NCBI GenBank assembly: GCA_963769975.1
Contig: CAVYNS010000003.1
Location: 654,274 to 718,273, forward strand
DNA length: 64,000 bases
Source of the DNA: an uncultured Chloroflexia bacterium
GTDB taxonomy: Bacteria > Chloroflexota > Dehalococcoidia > GIF9 > AB-539-J10
Direction of reading: 5' to 3'
This document shows positions 17,303-27,784 of the stretch, piece after piece. Position numbers and translations under genes: made by a program. The notes beneath the pieces are model-generated. The model worked only from the letters and a program-made list of their open reading frames with translations, was not told the origin of the DNA and made no database searches. Position 1 is the first letter of the stretch. Each line of letters begins with the position of its first letter.

Positions 17303-18661
17303 TCACACCTCTTCATGTGACTTCCCCCACCACTTCTTTAGCCTGTCAGCAATCTCTTTTTCATAGCCCTGCTCAGTAGGAACATAATAACGTTTTCCTT
17401 GAAGCGAAGACGGTAGATTTTGTTGCTTGGCAAAATGGTCAGGATAATCGTGGGCATATTTATAGCCCTGTCCGTGTCCCATCTGACGCATCAGGCCAGT
17501 TACCGGGTTACGCAAATGGAGTGGCACAGGCTCATTTCGGCCTTGTTGTATATCCTGTTGGACTCGGGAGTAAGCCTGGTACAAGGAGTTGCTTTTAGGA
17601 GCAGTAGCCAGATAAACCACGGCCTCAGCTAAAGCCAGATTCCCTTCGGGTAAGCCCACGAAGTGCACTGCCTGCTGAGCAGCTACCGCTATCACCAGTG
17701 CTTGAGGGTCAGCCACGCCCACGTCCTCAGAGGCAAAGCGCATCAAGCGACGGGCGATATACAAGGGGTCTTCCCCAGCTTCCAGCATACGCCCTAGCCA
17801 ATATAAAGCAGCATCGGGATCGGAGCCGCGTAAGGATTTATGCAATGCCGAAATCAGGTCATAGTGCTGGTCACCGCTCTTATCGTACAGCAAAGCACGA
17901 TGCTGCAACGCTTCCTCAATAGCCGACAGGTCTATTGACCGCAAGCCATCACGGTCAGGCAAAGTAGCAAATGCCGCCATCTCTAAAGCGTTCAATGCCA
18001 CACGGGCATCCCCATTGGACATGGTCACCAAGTGGCGCAGAGCTTCCTCACTGACAGTAACCTGGAACTTTCCCAGCCCTCTTTCTTTATCCTTAATCGC
18101 TCGCTCCACAATGAGCCTGACCTCGTCGTCGCTCAACAGATTCAATCGAAAAACCCGGCATCGGGAAAGAAGCGGAGAGATAACTTCGAAGGAAGGATTT
18201 TCCGTAGTGGCTCCAATGAAAGTCACTGTACCATTCTCCACGAAAGGCAATACGGCATCCTGTTGTGCCTTGTTAAAACGGTGAATCTCATCAACAAAAA
18301 GAATGGTTTTCTGTCCCGACGATTTAAGCCTCTTCTTAGCTTCCCCAATAACACGCCGCAAATCAGCCACTCCGGCACTCACGGCACTAAGAGAACTGAA
18401 GTGTGCTCTGGTCACATTGGCGATAACATAAGCCAGAGTTGTTTTACCGCTGCCGGGCGGTCCCCAGAATACCATAGAGGGTAGCTGGTCTGCCTCAATG
18501 CATTTCCGGAGCACCCGTCCCACGGCAACCAAATGCTCCTGCCCCACGAACTCAGCAAACGTCTGTGGTCGCATCCTTGCCGCCAGGGGCATACTCTGGG
18601 GCAAATCCTTTTCCTCCGGTAGGTCGAAAAGAGGCATACTGTCCATCATTGGTAATCGCAA
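17303..18661 (-). CDS. rarA: Replication-associated recombination protein A (AAA+ ATPase MgsA/RarA).
   Basis: Walker A 'GPPGSGKTT', Walker B 'ILFVDEIHRF', and a MgsA C-terminal domain. Confidence 0.85.
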   Translation of the reverse strand: MRLPMMDSMPLFDLPEEKDLPQSMPLAARMRPQTFAEFVGQEHLVAVGRVLRKCIEADQLPSMVFWGPPGSGKTTLAYVIANVTRAHFSSLSAVSAGVADLRRVIGEAKKRLKSSGQKTILFVDEIHRFNKAQQDAVLPFVENGTVTFIGATTENPSFEVISPLLSRCRVFRLNLLSDDEVRLIVERAIKDKERGLGKFQVTVSEEALRHLVTMSNGDARVALNALEMAAFATLPDRDGLRSIDLSAIEEALQHRALLYDKSGDQHYDLISALHKSLRGSDPDAALYWLGRMLEAGEDPLYIARRLMRFASEDVGVADPQALVIAVAAQQAVHFVGLPEGNLALAEAVVYLATAPKSNSLYQAYSRVQQDIQQGRNEPVPLHLRNPVTGLMRQMGHGQGYKYAHDYPDHFAKQQNLPSSLQGKRYYVPTEQGYEKEIADRLKKWWGKSHEEV

Positions 18662-18665
18662 CCTG

Positions 18666-19181
18666 TTACTTGAACCTTCTCACCTGAAAGCGATAGAGCT
18701 CAACTGGCTCGCCGGCAGATATCCCCGCCTTGAGTTGGCAAATAGCAATCTGCTCCTCAACGCTATCTACACCCTCCAAGTCAGGCAGCAAAAGTCCCCT
18801 TTTCCAACCGCTCTCCACGATAACGCCATACTCCTCAGGGTCAAGCTGGCTGATATCTGTGACTGGCTCAGGCTTAGTGAGAATATCCACGCTATATTCC
18901 AGGTCATCAAGCTCAGACGCAGTCACCGGGGGAAAGCGAGGGTCTGCGGTAGATGAGCTAATAGCGTTGGCCATGATTTCTTCAGCCACATTATCCTTAG
19001 TCGGCTCAAAGGTGCCAATACATCCTCTTAATTGCCCATGCTTATGAAGCGAAACAAAAACTCCCGCCCTCTCTCTCATTTCCGGAGTCAATTCCCTCGG
19101 CTTGGGCATTTTACCATTCCGGATATAACTTTCCACAGCCTCCTTAGCCAGTTTTACTACAGGATGAAGTTCCTCTGCCAT
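18666..19181 (-). CDS. AMMECR1 domain protein.
   Basis: '[10 protein letters not shown]' motif. It is adjacent to the AmmeMemoRadiSam radical SAM gene. Confidence 0.8.
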   Translation of the reverse strand: MAEELHPVVKLAKEAVESYIRNGKMPKPRELTPEMRERAGVFVSLHKHGQLRGCIGTFEPTKDNVAEEIMANAISSSTADPRFPPVTASELDDLEYSVDILTKPEPVTDISQLDPEEYGVIVESGWKRGLLLPDLEGVDSVEEQIAICQLKAGISAGEPVELYRFQVRRFK

Positions 19182-19192
19182 AAATCACCTCC

Positions 19193-20203
19193 TCATGTCC
19201 GGAAATTAAGCTCAGCCCCACAGAATTTACACCGCGAGCCATCCAGTCCCACTACCTCGGTATCATAGCCAATGCGATGAACAACCATCTTGCCACAAGA
19301 ATAACACATGGTATTTTCATACTCGTGCCCCGGCACATTGCCCAAATAGACAAATTTCAGCCCGGCCTTCTTCCCAATCTTATATGCCCGTTCTAAAGTG
19401 GCTACCGGAGTAGCCGACAGATGAGTAAATTCATGCAGCGGATGGAAACGAGTTATGTGCCAGGGAGTGAGTTCACCCAGGTTATCTCGAATCCAGGTAG
19501 CAATATTCCTGAACTGCTCCTCATCGTCGTTCATCGTAGGAATGATATTGGTCACCACTTCAACATGCATATGCCATTTCTCTTTAGCCCGCCTGGCGAC
19601 GTCCAGAATACCCTGCCAATGAGGAATTTTGGCTAGCTGCCGATAAAACCCGTCAGTGAAGCCCTTGATATCCACCCTCCAGGCATCAAGCCAGGGACCT
19701 ATGGTATCCAGAGCTTCAGGCGTAGCATAGCCATTGGTCACATATACGGTGTATAGATTATTTTCTTTAGCCAGTCTGGCTGAGTCCAGGGTGTATTCAA
19801 ACCAAATCGCCGGCTCATTGTAAGTCCAGGCAATGCCCTGGCAATTATGGCTCTTGGTTAACTCTATCTCTCTTTCCGGGAGCAATTGCTGGGAACCCCG
19901 CGGAATATCCATGCAGGAAATCTCCCAGTTTTGGCATCCCTTACAGTGGAAATTGCATCCCCAGGTGCCTAAAGAGAAGGCATAGGTACCGGGAAAGAAA
20001 TGAAATAAAGGTTTTTTTTCGATATGGTCGGCTGCCATGGAGGATACCTCGGCATAATTCATGCTATACAGCCTGCCATCCCGATTGACGCGCATGCGGC
20101 AGACACCAAGCTTGCCGGGATTAATAAGGCATCTCCACTGACAAATATGACACCTCGCCCTGCCACCAGGGAGTGTCTCATAGAGCATCGCCTCCCTTTC
20201 CAT
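19193..20203 (-). CDS. amrS: AmmeMemoRadiSam system radical SAM enzyme.
   Basis: Radical SAM CxxxCxxC motif ('CNFHCKGCQNW'), an N-terminal Cys cluster, and genomic association with AMMECR1. Confidence 0.8.
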   Translation of the reverse strand: MEREAMLYETLPGGRARCHICQWRCLINPGKLGVCRMRVNRDGRLYSMNYAEVSSMAADHIEKKPLFHFFPGTYAFSLGTWGCNFHCKGCQNWEISCMDIPRGSQQLLPEREIELTKSHNCQGIAWTYNEPAIWFEYTLDSARLAKENNLYTVYVTNGYATPEALDTIGPWLDAWRVDIKGFTDGFYRQLAKIPHWQGILDVARRAKEKWHMHVEVVTNIIPTMNDDEEQFRNIATWIRDNLGELTPWHITRFHPLHEFTHLSATPVATLERAYKIGKKAGLKFVYLGNVPGHEYENTMCYSCGKMVVHRIGYDTEVVGLDGSRCKFCGAELNFRT

Positions 20204-20295
20204 CCACTATCATTATACCACCACGAACCACCCAGATATATATTACAGACTGCTTGGCAGTGTTGTGGGCGAGGACAAGCCCCGACTCTACAGCG

Positions 20296-20460
20296 CAAAA
20301 TTCTAAATCCCAGGCCCTGAAGGGGAAAACTCTAAATACTAAATTCTAAATACTAAACAATATCAAATCGCAAATGACCGAACATTTAGGATTTAGAATT
20401 TAGTATCTGTTTAGTATTTAGTGCTTAGAATTTGAGATTTGAAGCGGAGCGCCTTTGGGA
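20296..20460. repeat. AT-rich TTAGGATTT/TTAGAATTT/TTAGTATTT motif array with inverted arms.
   Basis: 'ctaaatactaaattctaaatactaaac' at about 20320-20360 and 'tttaggatttagaatttagtatctgtttagtatttagtgcttagaatttgag' at about 20385-20440. Confidence 0.5.
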
Positions 20461-20468
20461 TTTGGAAT

Positions 20469-22049
20469 TTAGCTCTTGTCGAGATAAACCTTGCTCAGGT
20501 CAGGAACACCCAGAGGATTGAGCTCATAATCTTTGACATAAGGCTTCACCAGGATATAGTTGGTGCCATGGAAGAGGGGGAGACAAGGGGCATCATCAAC
20601 TACCATTTGCTCAGCTTGCTGGTACATAGCCAGGCGGACAGCCCTATTCTGTTCTATAGCTGCCTGGTCAAGTAAAGCATCCAGGCTAGGGTTGCTGTAT
20701 TCGAAGATATTATTTTCGCTCCCGGTATGAAAGAGAATATCCAGAAAATTATGCGGGTCGGGATAGTCAGCCACCCAACCCAGCATGAACATCTCATCCT
20801 TCTCTTGTTTCAGATTATAAAGGAAAATCTCTGGTTCCAGTTGCCTCACTGAGACTTGCACGCCGAGGTTTTGTTGCCATTCTTGGATGATGGCGCCTAG
20901 ATAACTGGGAATGTCATTGCCATAGCCTTCAGTAGTTATTGTGATATGGGGCAAGTTCGAGACATTTCCGTATTTGGAGGCGGCGATGAGCTCTTTTGCC
21001 TTTTCCACATCATAGTCCAATCCCTTGATAGTCTCGTTATAGCCGGGCATGCCCGGCGGCAAAATACCCTCGGCTTCACTTACCATGTCCCTCAAGATCA
21101 CCTTAGCGATATGCTCTTTATTCACAGCCAGACAGAAGGCACGACGGACGTTAACGTCGTCGAAGGGAGGTTTAGCAGTATTGAAGCCAATATAATAGAG
21201 GCTGAGCTCAGGTGTTACAGCTAACTCTTGATGAAACGGATTAGTCTCATCATTAACCTCGTCAATGTAACTCGTGGAAACAGGGGTAACATCAATCTGT
21301 CCTGTTTCGTAGAGGGCCATTGGTTCACCAGCTAGAAAGTGAAAGACGACCTCGGTCAATTTGGTAGGTTCGCCGTAGTAACTCTGGCTACGCTCCAAAA
21401 CCAGCTGCTGACCTGGTTTCCATTCCTTTAGCTTAAATGGGCCAGTCCCGTTTGGCTTCAGCCACCAGTTTTTCCCGGAATCCACATTAGTCCTATCAAC
21501 CACAAAGGCGGTGGGATAAGCCAGCTTGTCCAGGAAGTAAGCCTTGGGAGCATCAATGGTAACCTGAAGCGTATAGTCATCAAGGACTTTGACTCCGGAG
21601 ATTTCTGTTGCTTTTCCCGCCAGCCTATCTTGGGCACCAACGATATCGCCCAGATACGTAGCGGCTGTGCCAGAGCCAGTAGCGGGGTTGCAAGCTCGCT
21701 CCCAGGAGTATTTGAAATCGGCAGCTTTAACCTCTCTCCCGTTATGAAATTTCACCCCCTTTCGCAGGTGAAAGGTATACGTTTTGCCATCAGAGCTTGG
21801 CTCCCAACTCTCAGCAATATCAGGAACTATGGTCAGATTCTGGTCCAAGCGAACCAAGCCAGAGAAGATTTGCCTGATGTAGACATAAGAGGACATATCG
21901 GCAGCAATTGCCGGGTCAAGCGTCATGGGACCTGTATCCCAGAGATTAAGGACGTCTTGACCGCTGGAAGGCTGGCAAGCAATCGAAGGCAAAAACAATA
22001 AAGCCGCGATGAGAAGAGCTAATAATGCAAGATGCCAAATTCTTTTCAC
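20469..22049 (-). CDS. ABC transporter substrate-binding protein, family 5 (peptide/nickel type), a putative lipoprotein.
   Basis: Lipoprotein-like signal ('LPSIAC') and SBP_bac_5-like length and motifs. No permease genes are adjacent. Confidence 0.75.
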   Translation of the reverse strand: MKRIWHLALLALLIAALLFLPSIACQPSSGQDVLNLWDTGPMTLDPAIAADMSSYVYIRQIFSGLVRLDQNLTIVPDIAESWEPSSDGKTYTFHLRKGVKFHNGREVKAADFKYSWERACNPATGSGTAATYLGDIVGAQDRLAGKATEISGVKVLDDYTLQVTIDAPKAYFLDKLAYPTAFVVDRTNVDSGKNWWLKPNGTGPFKLKEWKPGQQLVLERSQSYYGEPTKLTEVVFHFLAGEPMALYETGQIDVTPVSTSYIDEVNDETNPFHQELAVTPELSLYYIGFNTAKPPFDDVNVRRAFCLAVNKEHIAKVILRDMVSEAEGILPPGMPGYNETIKGLDYDVEKAKELIAASKYGNVSNLPHITITTEGYGNDIPSYLGAIIQEWQQNLGVQVSVRQLEPEIFLYNLKQEKDEMFMLGWVADYPDPHNFLDILFHTGSENNIFEYSNPSLDALLDQAAIEQNRAVRLAMYQQAEQMVVDDAPCLPLFHGTNYILVKPYVKDYELNPLGVPDLSKVYLDKS

Positions 22050-22483
22050 TGGTCACCTTCGGCGAAAAGAGACTGCAACGCTGCAAATAATTGAGAAGGT
22101 TTTTGGCAATTTCCTGCCAGCTTCTCAAAAGGACACAAGTCTGTGCCGTCATAGTTGGAGATATAAGGCACAGTGCTCTTAGTGCTAACAGCCACTCTTT
22201 TCTTCTTGAGCATGTCAAGCGCTCCTTGGCTCGCTATGCCAGCATACACCGAGGCTACCCGAACATGAAGGCAAAGCATAGCTACGGCTAAGCCTACAAC
22301 GCGGTCAGCCACCGCAGCATTATGTAAACTTTTTCCCATACTCTGAACAGCCTGGAAAAAGGGAGTTATTCCGCGCTCTCTGGAGCTGAAAAGAACTTGT
22401 CCCTTCTTCACTATAACAAGATTCCATTTCTCTTCCTCCAAAAGAGAGCGGGCTAGGTCAATATCTTCCATGCTACTCCGCAC
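22046..22483 (-). CDS. Hypothetical protein of 145 aa, possibly DUF1893/TM1506-like (uncertain).
   Basis: Its stop overlaps the SBP gene start by 4 nt, so it is co-transcribed. Confidence 0.5.
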   Translation of the reverse strand: MRSSMEDIDLARSLLEEEKWNLVIVKKGQVLFSSRERGITPFFQAVQSMGKSLHNAAVADRVVGLAVAMLCLHVRVASVYAGIASQGALDMLKKKRVAVSTKSTVPYISNYDGTDLCPFEKLAGNCQKPSQLFAALQSLFAEGDQ

Positions 22484-22627
22484 AGCGTTTCAAACAGTGA
22501 CTAAATGCCGGGGAAAACATCAAAGAGCAAAGATAAAAAAACAAAATTGCAAATTAAAATGCAAAAATCATTTTCCTTCTTTGATACTTAAATCCATTTT
22601 TAAATTTTGCCCTGTCATTTTGCATTT

Positions 22628-23746
22628 TCACTTTTGCTCTCTTAGCTGGTATGCCATGTTGCCCAAGCCAAGCTCCTGGGCAATTCTTATTTGAATCAGG
22701 CTATCCGTGCCATTTATCTTGCCCAATATATCAGGAGAGCTGATGTTGGCAAATTTCCCCAGAGGCTTACTTTGAGCAATCAAGTCCAACGATGCCTTGT
22801 CAATAGCTACCACATCTGTGGAAGCGAGGATGCCAATATCGGGAACTACTGGCGAACCTGACGGCGTAGCACAGTCACACAATCGCGTTACATCTTGAAT
22901 GAAATTGATGAAAGCCACTTTAGAGTGAAATTGGCTTAGCACTCCCGCGGCAGCGTGAGCCAGATAAACCTGAAACCTTTCCTGCGCCTGGGGAGGCAAG
23001 GAATAAACACCCTCCGGGCAAAGATAAAGACAATGATTACAACTCATGCATTTCTCTTCGTCGCGCATCATCTTCTCTTCAACCAACGACAGAGCTTTGA
23101 AGGGGCAAGTTTTAACGCATTGCCCACAGCCCGTGCATTTAGAGAGGTCGATGACACCACGATTTACCCTGTGTTGAGCAGCTTTCGATTCCTTGGTAAC
23201 ACAGCCCATAGCCACATTCTTGATAGAGCCGCCAAAGCCAGCTAGATCATGCCCTTTCACATGAGAAAGGACTATCAGAGAGTCAGCATTGAAAATCTTC
23301 CTGGCTATTTTTATCTTATCTAAAGAGCAACCAGAAATCTGCCTGGGAATATCCACCCACTCTCCACTATAGCCTCGCTGTCCATCGGCAATAATCACGG
23401 GCGCTCCTACCGATTCCTCGGTAAATCCATTGCGCGCTGCTGTAGCCAGATATTTGCTACTAGTGAACCTCCCCAAGGGATAAAGAGTAGTGGCATCCGT
23501 GACAAACGGTTTGCCTCCGGCCTCCTTAATCAAATCACACACCCGGCGTACTATCGGCGGACGAAGGTAAGCACTACCACCATATTCTCCCATGTGAACC
23601 TTCACCGCTACTGAATCACCCGTAGAGACAACATCTTCTACTTTAGAGAAAAGAGTCCTCAACCCTCTGAGGAAAGCCCTACCCTTATCATAGGGGAAAA
23701 AGAAAACCTCGCTTCTTTCGTTAGTATTCACGATACTCTCTTGCAC
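22628..23746 (-). CDS. DUF362 domain protein with two 4Fe-4S ferredoxin-type cluster motifs.
   Basis: 'CTGCGQCVKTCP' and 'CMSCNHCLYLCP'. Confidence 0.7.
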   Translation of the reverse strand: MQESIVNTNERSEVFFFPYDKGRAFLRGLRTLFSKVEDVVSTGDSVAVKVHMGEYGGSAYLRPPIVRRVCDLIKEAGGKPFVTDATTLYPLGRFTSSKYLATAARNGFTEESVGAPVIIADGQRGYSGEWVDIPRQISGCSLDKIKIARKIFNADSLIVLSHVKGHDLAGFGGSIKNVAMGCVTKESKAAQHRVNRGVIDLSKCTGCGQCVKTCPFKALSLVEEKMMRDEEKCMSCNHCLYLCPEGVYSLPPQAQERFQVYLAHAAAGVLSQFHSKVAFINFIQDVTRLCDCATPSGSPVVPDIGILASTDVVAIDKASLDLIAQSKPLGKFANISSPDILGKINGTDSLIQIRIAQELGLGNMAYQLREQK

Positions 23747-23784
23747 AATAGTATACCTCAGAAATTGAGCCGCAGTAAATTGAT

Positions 23785-24474
23785 TTAGAACAAATTTTTA
23801 GCCTTCAGGCTTAAATAACTCTTATCGCAGACAATGATGTGGTCAAGGACATCAATGCCTATAATTTCGCCAGCTTTAGCCAGCCGCTTGGTCAGCTCAA
23901 CATCCTCTTTGGATGGCTCAGGGTCACCTGAGGGATGATTGTGAGCAAAAATTACTGAGGCAGCGCAGGAAGATACCGCCTCCTTAAACACCTCGCGGGG
24001 ATGTACAATGCTCGTATCCAGACTGCCCATAGAAACCAGCTTGTGATTTATTAACCTGTTTCTGGTATCCAGGCAAAGCACCAAAAAATGCTCCTTCTTC
24101 TTGCCTTTCAACTGACTCCTCACCACAGCAGCCACATCCTCCGGGGATTTGAGTATCGGCTTGGGTTTCTCGCCGGCATCGTCTTCCAGCCTCTTACTTA
24201 ATTCAAGGGCGGCTTTAATCTGCGCCGCCTTGGCTGGCCCAATACCTTTCGTCTGAGTCAACTCCTCCACAGAAGCATTGGCAACGCCCTTGAGATTGCC
24301 AAACCGGCTTAACAACTTCTGGCTAGTCACCATGACAGACTCGCCTTTAATTCCTCGACCCAGGATTAAAGCTAAGATTTCCTGAGCAGAAAGAGCCTCG
24401 CTGCCTAGCTTAAACAGCCTCTCCCGGGGACGCTCACTAAGGGGTAAATCGTGAACAGTAAAAGAGTCTTTCAT
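23785..24474 (-). CDS. radC: RadC-like JAB/MPN domain protein.
   Basis: JAMM motif 'HNHPSGDPEPS' and an N-terminal HhH region. Confidence 0.8.
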   Translation of the reverse strand: MKDSFTVHDLPLSERPRERLFKLGSEALSAQEILALILGRGIKGESVMVTSQKLLSRFGNLKGVANASVEELTQTKGIGPAKAAQIKAALELSKRLEDDAGEKPKPILKSPEDVAAVVRSQLKGKKKEHFLVLCLDTRNRLINHKLVSMGSLDTSIVHPREVFKEAVSSCAASVIFAHNHPSGDPEPSKEDVELTKRLAKAGEIIGIDVLDHIIVCDKSYLSLKAKNLF

Positions 24475-24482
24475 GGCTTATC

Positions 24483-25724
24483 TTACATGGTTGATCTCCC
24501 AGACGACCTTCGCCAAGTCCGCTTCTCCAGAGCCAGAGCACCCCATAAGGCCAGTGCCGTTGCTAACGCCGCTAACGCGGCAATCAAAGCAGGATGAGAT
24601 TGTCGCGCTTCGCTCACAATTACAGTGGGAGATGTTAGCGTTGCTCGCCAACCAGCATCAAGACCATCTATATCAAAACCATAGACCTTGGTTAAAGCCT
24701 CGTCATAGGTATTACCTTGCTTCAAAAGAGCTAATAAATTGAGCATCTTATCCTGTCCATAATTATCCAGAAGGTACTCCACAAGGCTATAGCTTTCAGC
24801 ATAGGAAAGGTAAGCTTTTTCAGAGTAAGCGGAAAAGGGACTGCACAGGCTGCGCACTGAAATGAGTTCATTTTTCGAGATAGCCTCTTCCAAGCGAGAG
24901 CGAAGAACGGGGTCAAGCTCGCCCTCATTATATGTGGCTAAGCCTTCGTCAAGCCAGATAGGAAGCTGCCCATATGGGCTAAAAGTTGCCTGACGAACAA
25001 TAAGATGCGTCAGCTCGTGAACTAGCGCCCCCTTGCCCCAATCAAGTTCGCTCGGTGCAATACTAATAGCGATTATGCCAAAATCGGTAAAGGCAACGCC
25101 GCCACTCCATTCGTTAGAAGAAATCATAGCCCCTTTTAAATCGCTATCGGAGGCATAAATATATATCTTGATGGGCCTCTCTGAATAGGTGCCAATATCC
25201 TGGGTCAACCTGGCAAGTCCTTCTTGGCAAGCATCCATCAACTCTCGGCCAAAGGAATCACCGCCTTTATACCAGAAAAGGGTAATCTCGCCACCCTGAG
25301 GTACAGTACCAGTCAAACTCTGCCAAGCATAGCGACCGTCATCGAAATCCATTATCTCAGGGGAGGTCTCAATTTTGTTCCCGGCAGCATCTTCAATCAT
25401 CCACCAATATGTGACCTCAGCACCAGGAGGCAAGCTCGCATTTGTCATATTCCACGTCCAATTAGCCTCTATCTTACTTGCTGGGGTAAAATCAGCCCAA
25501 CCCTCGCTGACAACTTCAGCGTAGCTCATCTTATTCACCTGGTAATAAATACGGACATCAACAATATTAACATTGCTTTCAGCCTCAACAGTGAACACAG
25601 CTTGGTTTGGAAAATTCATAGCTACATTGGTAGCTGTAACTGTAATGCCAGCCCCGGCTGCGACGAGGGAAGGGCTTAAAAACAAGAGAAGCCCCCAAGT
25701 TATTATGACGATGCGTCTAATCAT
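24483..25724 (-). CDS. Secreted, membrane-anchored putative zinc metallopeptidase (HExxH) with a C-terminal TM and basic tail.
   Basis: Signal peptide, the 'VHELTHLIV' HExxH motif, and a C-terminal 'ALIAALAALATALALWGALAL' TM followed by 'KRTWRR'. Confidence 0.6.
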   Translation of the reverse strand: MIRRIVIITWGLLLFLSPSLVAAGAGITVTATNVAMNFPNQAVFTVEAESNVNIVDVRIYYQVNKMSYAEVVSEGWADFTPASKIEANWTWNMTNASLPPGAEVTYWWMIEDAAGNKIETSPEIMDFDDGRYAWQSLTGTVPQGGEITLFWYKGGDSFGRELMDACQEGLARLTQDIGTYSERPIKIYIYASDSDLKGAMISSNEWSGGVAFTDFGIIAISIAPSELDWGKGALVHELTHLIVRQATFSPYGQLPIWLDEGLATYNEGELDPVLRSRLEEAISKNELISVRSLCSPFSAYSEKAYLSYAESYSLVEYLLDNYGQDKMLNLLALLKQGNTYDEALTKVYGFDIDGLDAGWRATLTSPTVIVSEARQSHPALIAALAALATALALWGALALEKRTWRRSSGRSTM

Positions 25725-26819
25725 TCCCCCACTCTAGACCGAAGGTAGCTAGTGATAAATCCATCTAGTTCTCCATCCAATACAGCTTCGGCATCGTGAA
25801 CCTCATAATCGGTGCGGTGATCCTTGACCATTTTGTAGGGATGAAGAACATAACTTCTAATCTGATTTCCCCAAGCTGCTTCAATACGCTCGCCCTTTAT
25901 CTTGGCTCTCTCTTTTTCTTTCTTCTTGCGTTCAAGCTCCAGGAGGCGAGAATAAAGGACTTTCAAAGCAGCTTCCTTGTTTTGGTGCTGAGACCTTTGA
26001 CTCTGGCAAGTGGCCACCAGCCCTGTAGGTAAGTGAGTTATCCTGACAGCGCTGCTTGTCTTCTGCATATGTTGCCCGCCAGGGCCGCTGGACCTGAAAG
26101 TATCTATTCTCAAGTCTTCCGGGTTTATTTTGACATCCATTGCTTCTTCGGCTTCAGGGAGGACTTCCACCAGAACAAAAGATGTGTGGCGAGCATGGTC
26201 AGCATCAAATGGGGACAGCCGTACCAATCTGTGCACCCCGTGTTCACCTTTAAGATAGCCATAGACATAATCCCCCTTAATCTCCACGATAGCGCTTTTG
26301 ATGCCAGCCTCTTCTCCCGGGGAGACATCTAAGACTTCAGCATCATAATCATGCCGCTCTGCCCACCTCAAATACATCCTGAGCAACATGTTGGCCCAAT
26401 CCTGAGACTCCGTGCCACCAGCACCAGCATGAAAAGCGAGCACGGCATTCCGACTATCGTAATCCCCAGTAAAAAGTTGTTGGCTCTCCAACTGTTCAAA
26501 TCGAGAGCTCAGTTTTTTTAGCTCCAGTTGTATCTCTTCTTTAAGAGAGTAATCACCCTCTCCAATAGCCAGAACAATCATTTCCTGAAGGTCGGCAGCC
26601 TTCTTCTCCAGCCCGCGCCAAGTATCTACTAGATTCTTTTTGCCACTGAGCTCTCGCATGATAGCTTGAGCTTTAGCCTGGTCATGCCAAAAATCAGGTC
26701 GGGCTGACTCTGCCTCTATTCTAGCAATTTCTTCTTCCTTGCGCGGGATGTCAAAGATGCACCATGATGTCTGAGATTTGGCGAAGCAAGGCTTCTAGAT
26801 TGTCCTTCTCTTCTTGCAT
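25721..26819 (-). CDS. prfB: Peptide chain release factor 2, encoded with the canonical programmed +1 frameshift. ORF1 is 22 codons (MQEEKDNLEALLRQISDIMVHL) ending at CTT-TGA-C; the main ORF runs 25721..26659.
   Basis: On the minus strand 'cat ctt tga c' lies at plus 26750-26759. There is an AAGGAG RBS 7 nt before the ATG at 26819. The +1 frame continues 'DIPRKEEEIARIEAES...' into the 312-aa ORF. The GGQ motif is present ('SGPGGQHMQ'). Confidence 0.85.
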
Positions 26820-26831
26820 CTGAAATACTCC

Positions 26832-27533
26832 TTAATCAAATAATTTCCCTTGGCTGCTTGGTTCGGAGGGCAATATTTCTCCAGCAGCGAGATGAGCCAA
26901 GCGGGTAGGTTCAGGAATCCTATAACCACGGCAGCACTTTATCACCCATTGTAAAGCCGATGCCAGGTCAATTTTGTGGCCTACAGAGACATATATTGGC
27001 TTCACTCCAGATTTAGTCCTTAGCGCTGCTCCAATAAGCTCTCCATGATCAAGCAGCTCAGCATGAGAGCCAGCCTCTTCTCCCACAGGCCGATGCTGAC
27101 CACAAAGGATAGATTTTGCACAGCCTATAGTAGGCAAATCAAGAAAAAGTCCCACATGTGAAGCGAGCCCCAATCTCCTGGGATGAGCAATCCCCTGACC
27201 ATCAATCAGAATAAGGTCGGGAGTATTACTTAGTTTTTCACAAGCGGTCAGAATCAAGGGACTTTCACGAAAAGACAACAGTCCAGGAATATAGGGAAAT
27301 GTAATCTTACCTTCCACTACCTCTACCTCGACCATGCTAAGCTCAGGATAACGAAGAACTACCACTGCTCCTCTGGCTACGCCCTGAGCATCAAGAGAAG
27401 ATATATCAATACCGGCAACAAGGTGTGGGTTAATAACTTCGTTTTCAGTTATCACACTTCTCGCCAGCCTCAATTGTATTTCCTTTGCTAAGGCAATGCT
27501 CACCTCCCAGTCGTGTAATTTGTGCACTCTCAT
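26832..27533 (-). CDS. nfi: Endonuclease V (deoxyinosine 3' endonuclease). The start is taken at the internal Met (MRVHKLHDWEV...).
   Basis: The track ORF (to 27584) carries a 17-aa hydrophobic extension that is atypical for Nfi. The 'HxWxV...EA..IQ' type N-terminus matches Nfi. Confidence 0.8.
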   Translation of the reverse strand: MRVHKLHDWEVSIALAKEIQLRLARSVITENEVINPHLVAGIDISSLDAQGVARGAVVVLRYPELSMVEVEVVEGKITFPYIPGLLSFRESPLILTACEKLSNTPDLILIDGQGIAHPRRLGLASHVGLFLDLPTIGCAKSILCGQHRPVGEEAGSHAELLDHGELIGAALRTKSGVKPIYVSVGHKIDLASALQWVIKCCRGYRIPEPTRLAHLAAGEILPSEPSSQGKLFD

Positions 27534-27784
27534 ACAGCTTATTATAAAGCATTGGTACTTTATGACAAAGCTCGAAAACAACAATTTCTAGTTTTTTCAT
27601 GGCTTTGTATAGAATTCCTGTCCCTCCAAAGGAGAGGAATAGCAGGGGGAAACCTTGCGAAATCTCCCCCTCTAACCGGCCTCCTACCATGGATAGTATC
27701 CAGGTACGTTTCTACGCTTCCTGTGAGTGATAGAAACCAAGCCCGAGGGAGCGCTACATCACCTAGTATTACGGCCCTTAGCTC

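Noticed and set aside
26832-27584. Longer nfi ORF with the N-terminal 'MLFSSFVIKYQCFIISC' extension. Similar upstream extensions occur on the SDR, ACS-alpha, XRE/cupin, TetR and CoA-transferase A ORFs.
   Set aside because: The extensions lack RBSs and homology. Internal ATGs preceded by Shine-Dalgarno motifs give canonical N-termini.
27600-27700. Hairpin aggggga-N14-tccccct downstream of hppA as a terminator.
   Set aside because: No T-tract follows on the relevant minus strand, so it is a weak intrinsic terminator candidate at best.
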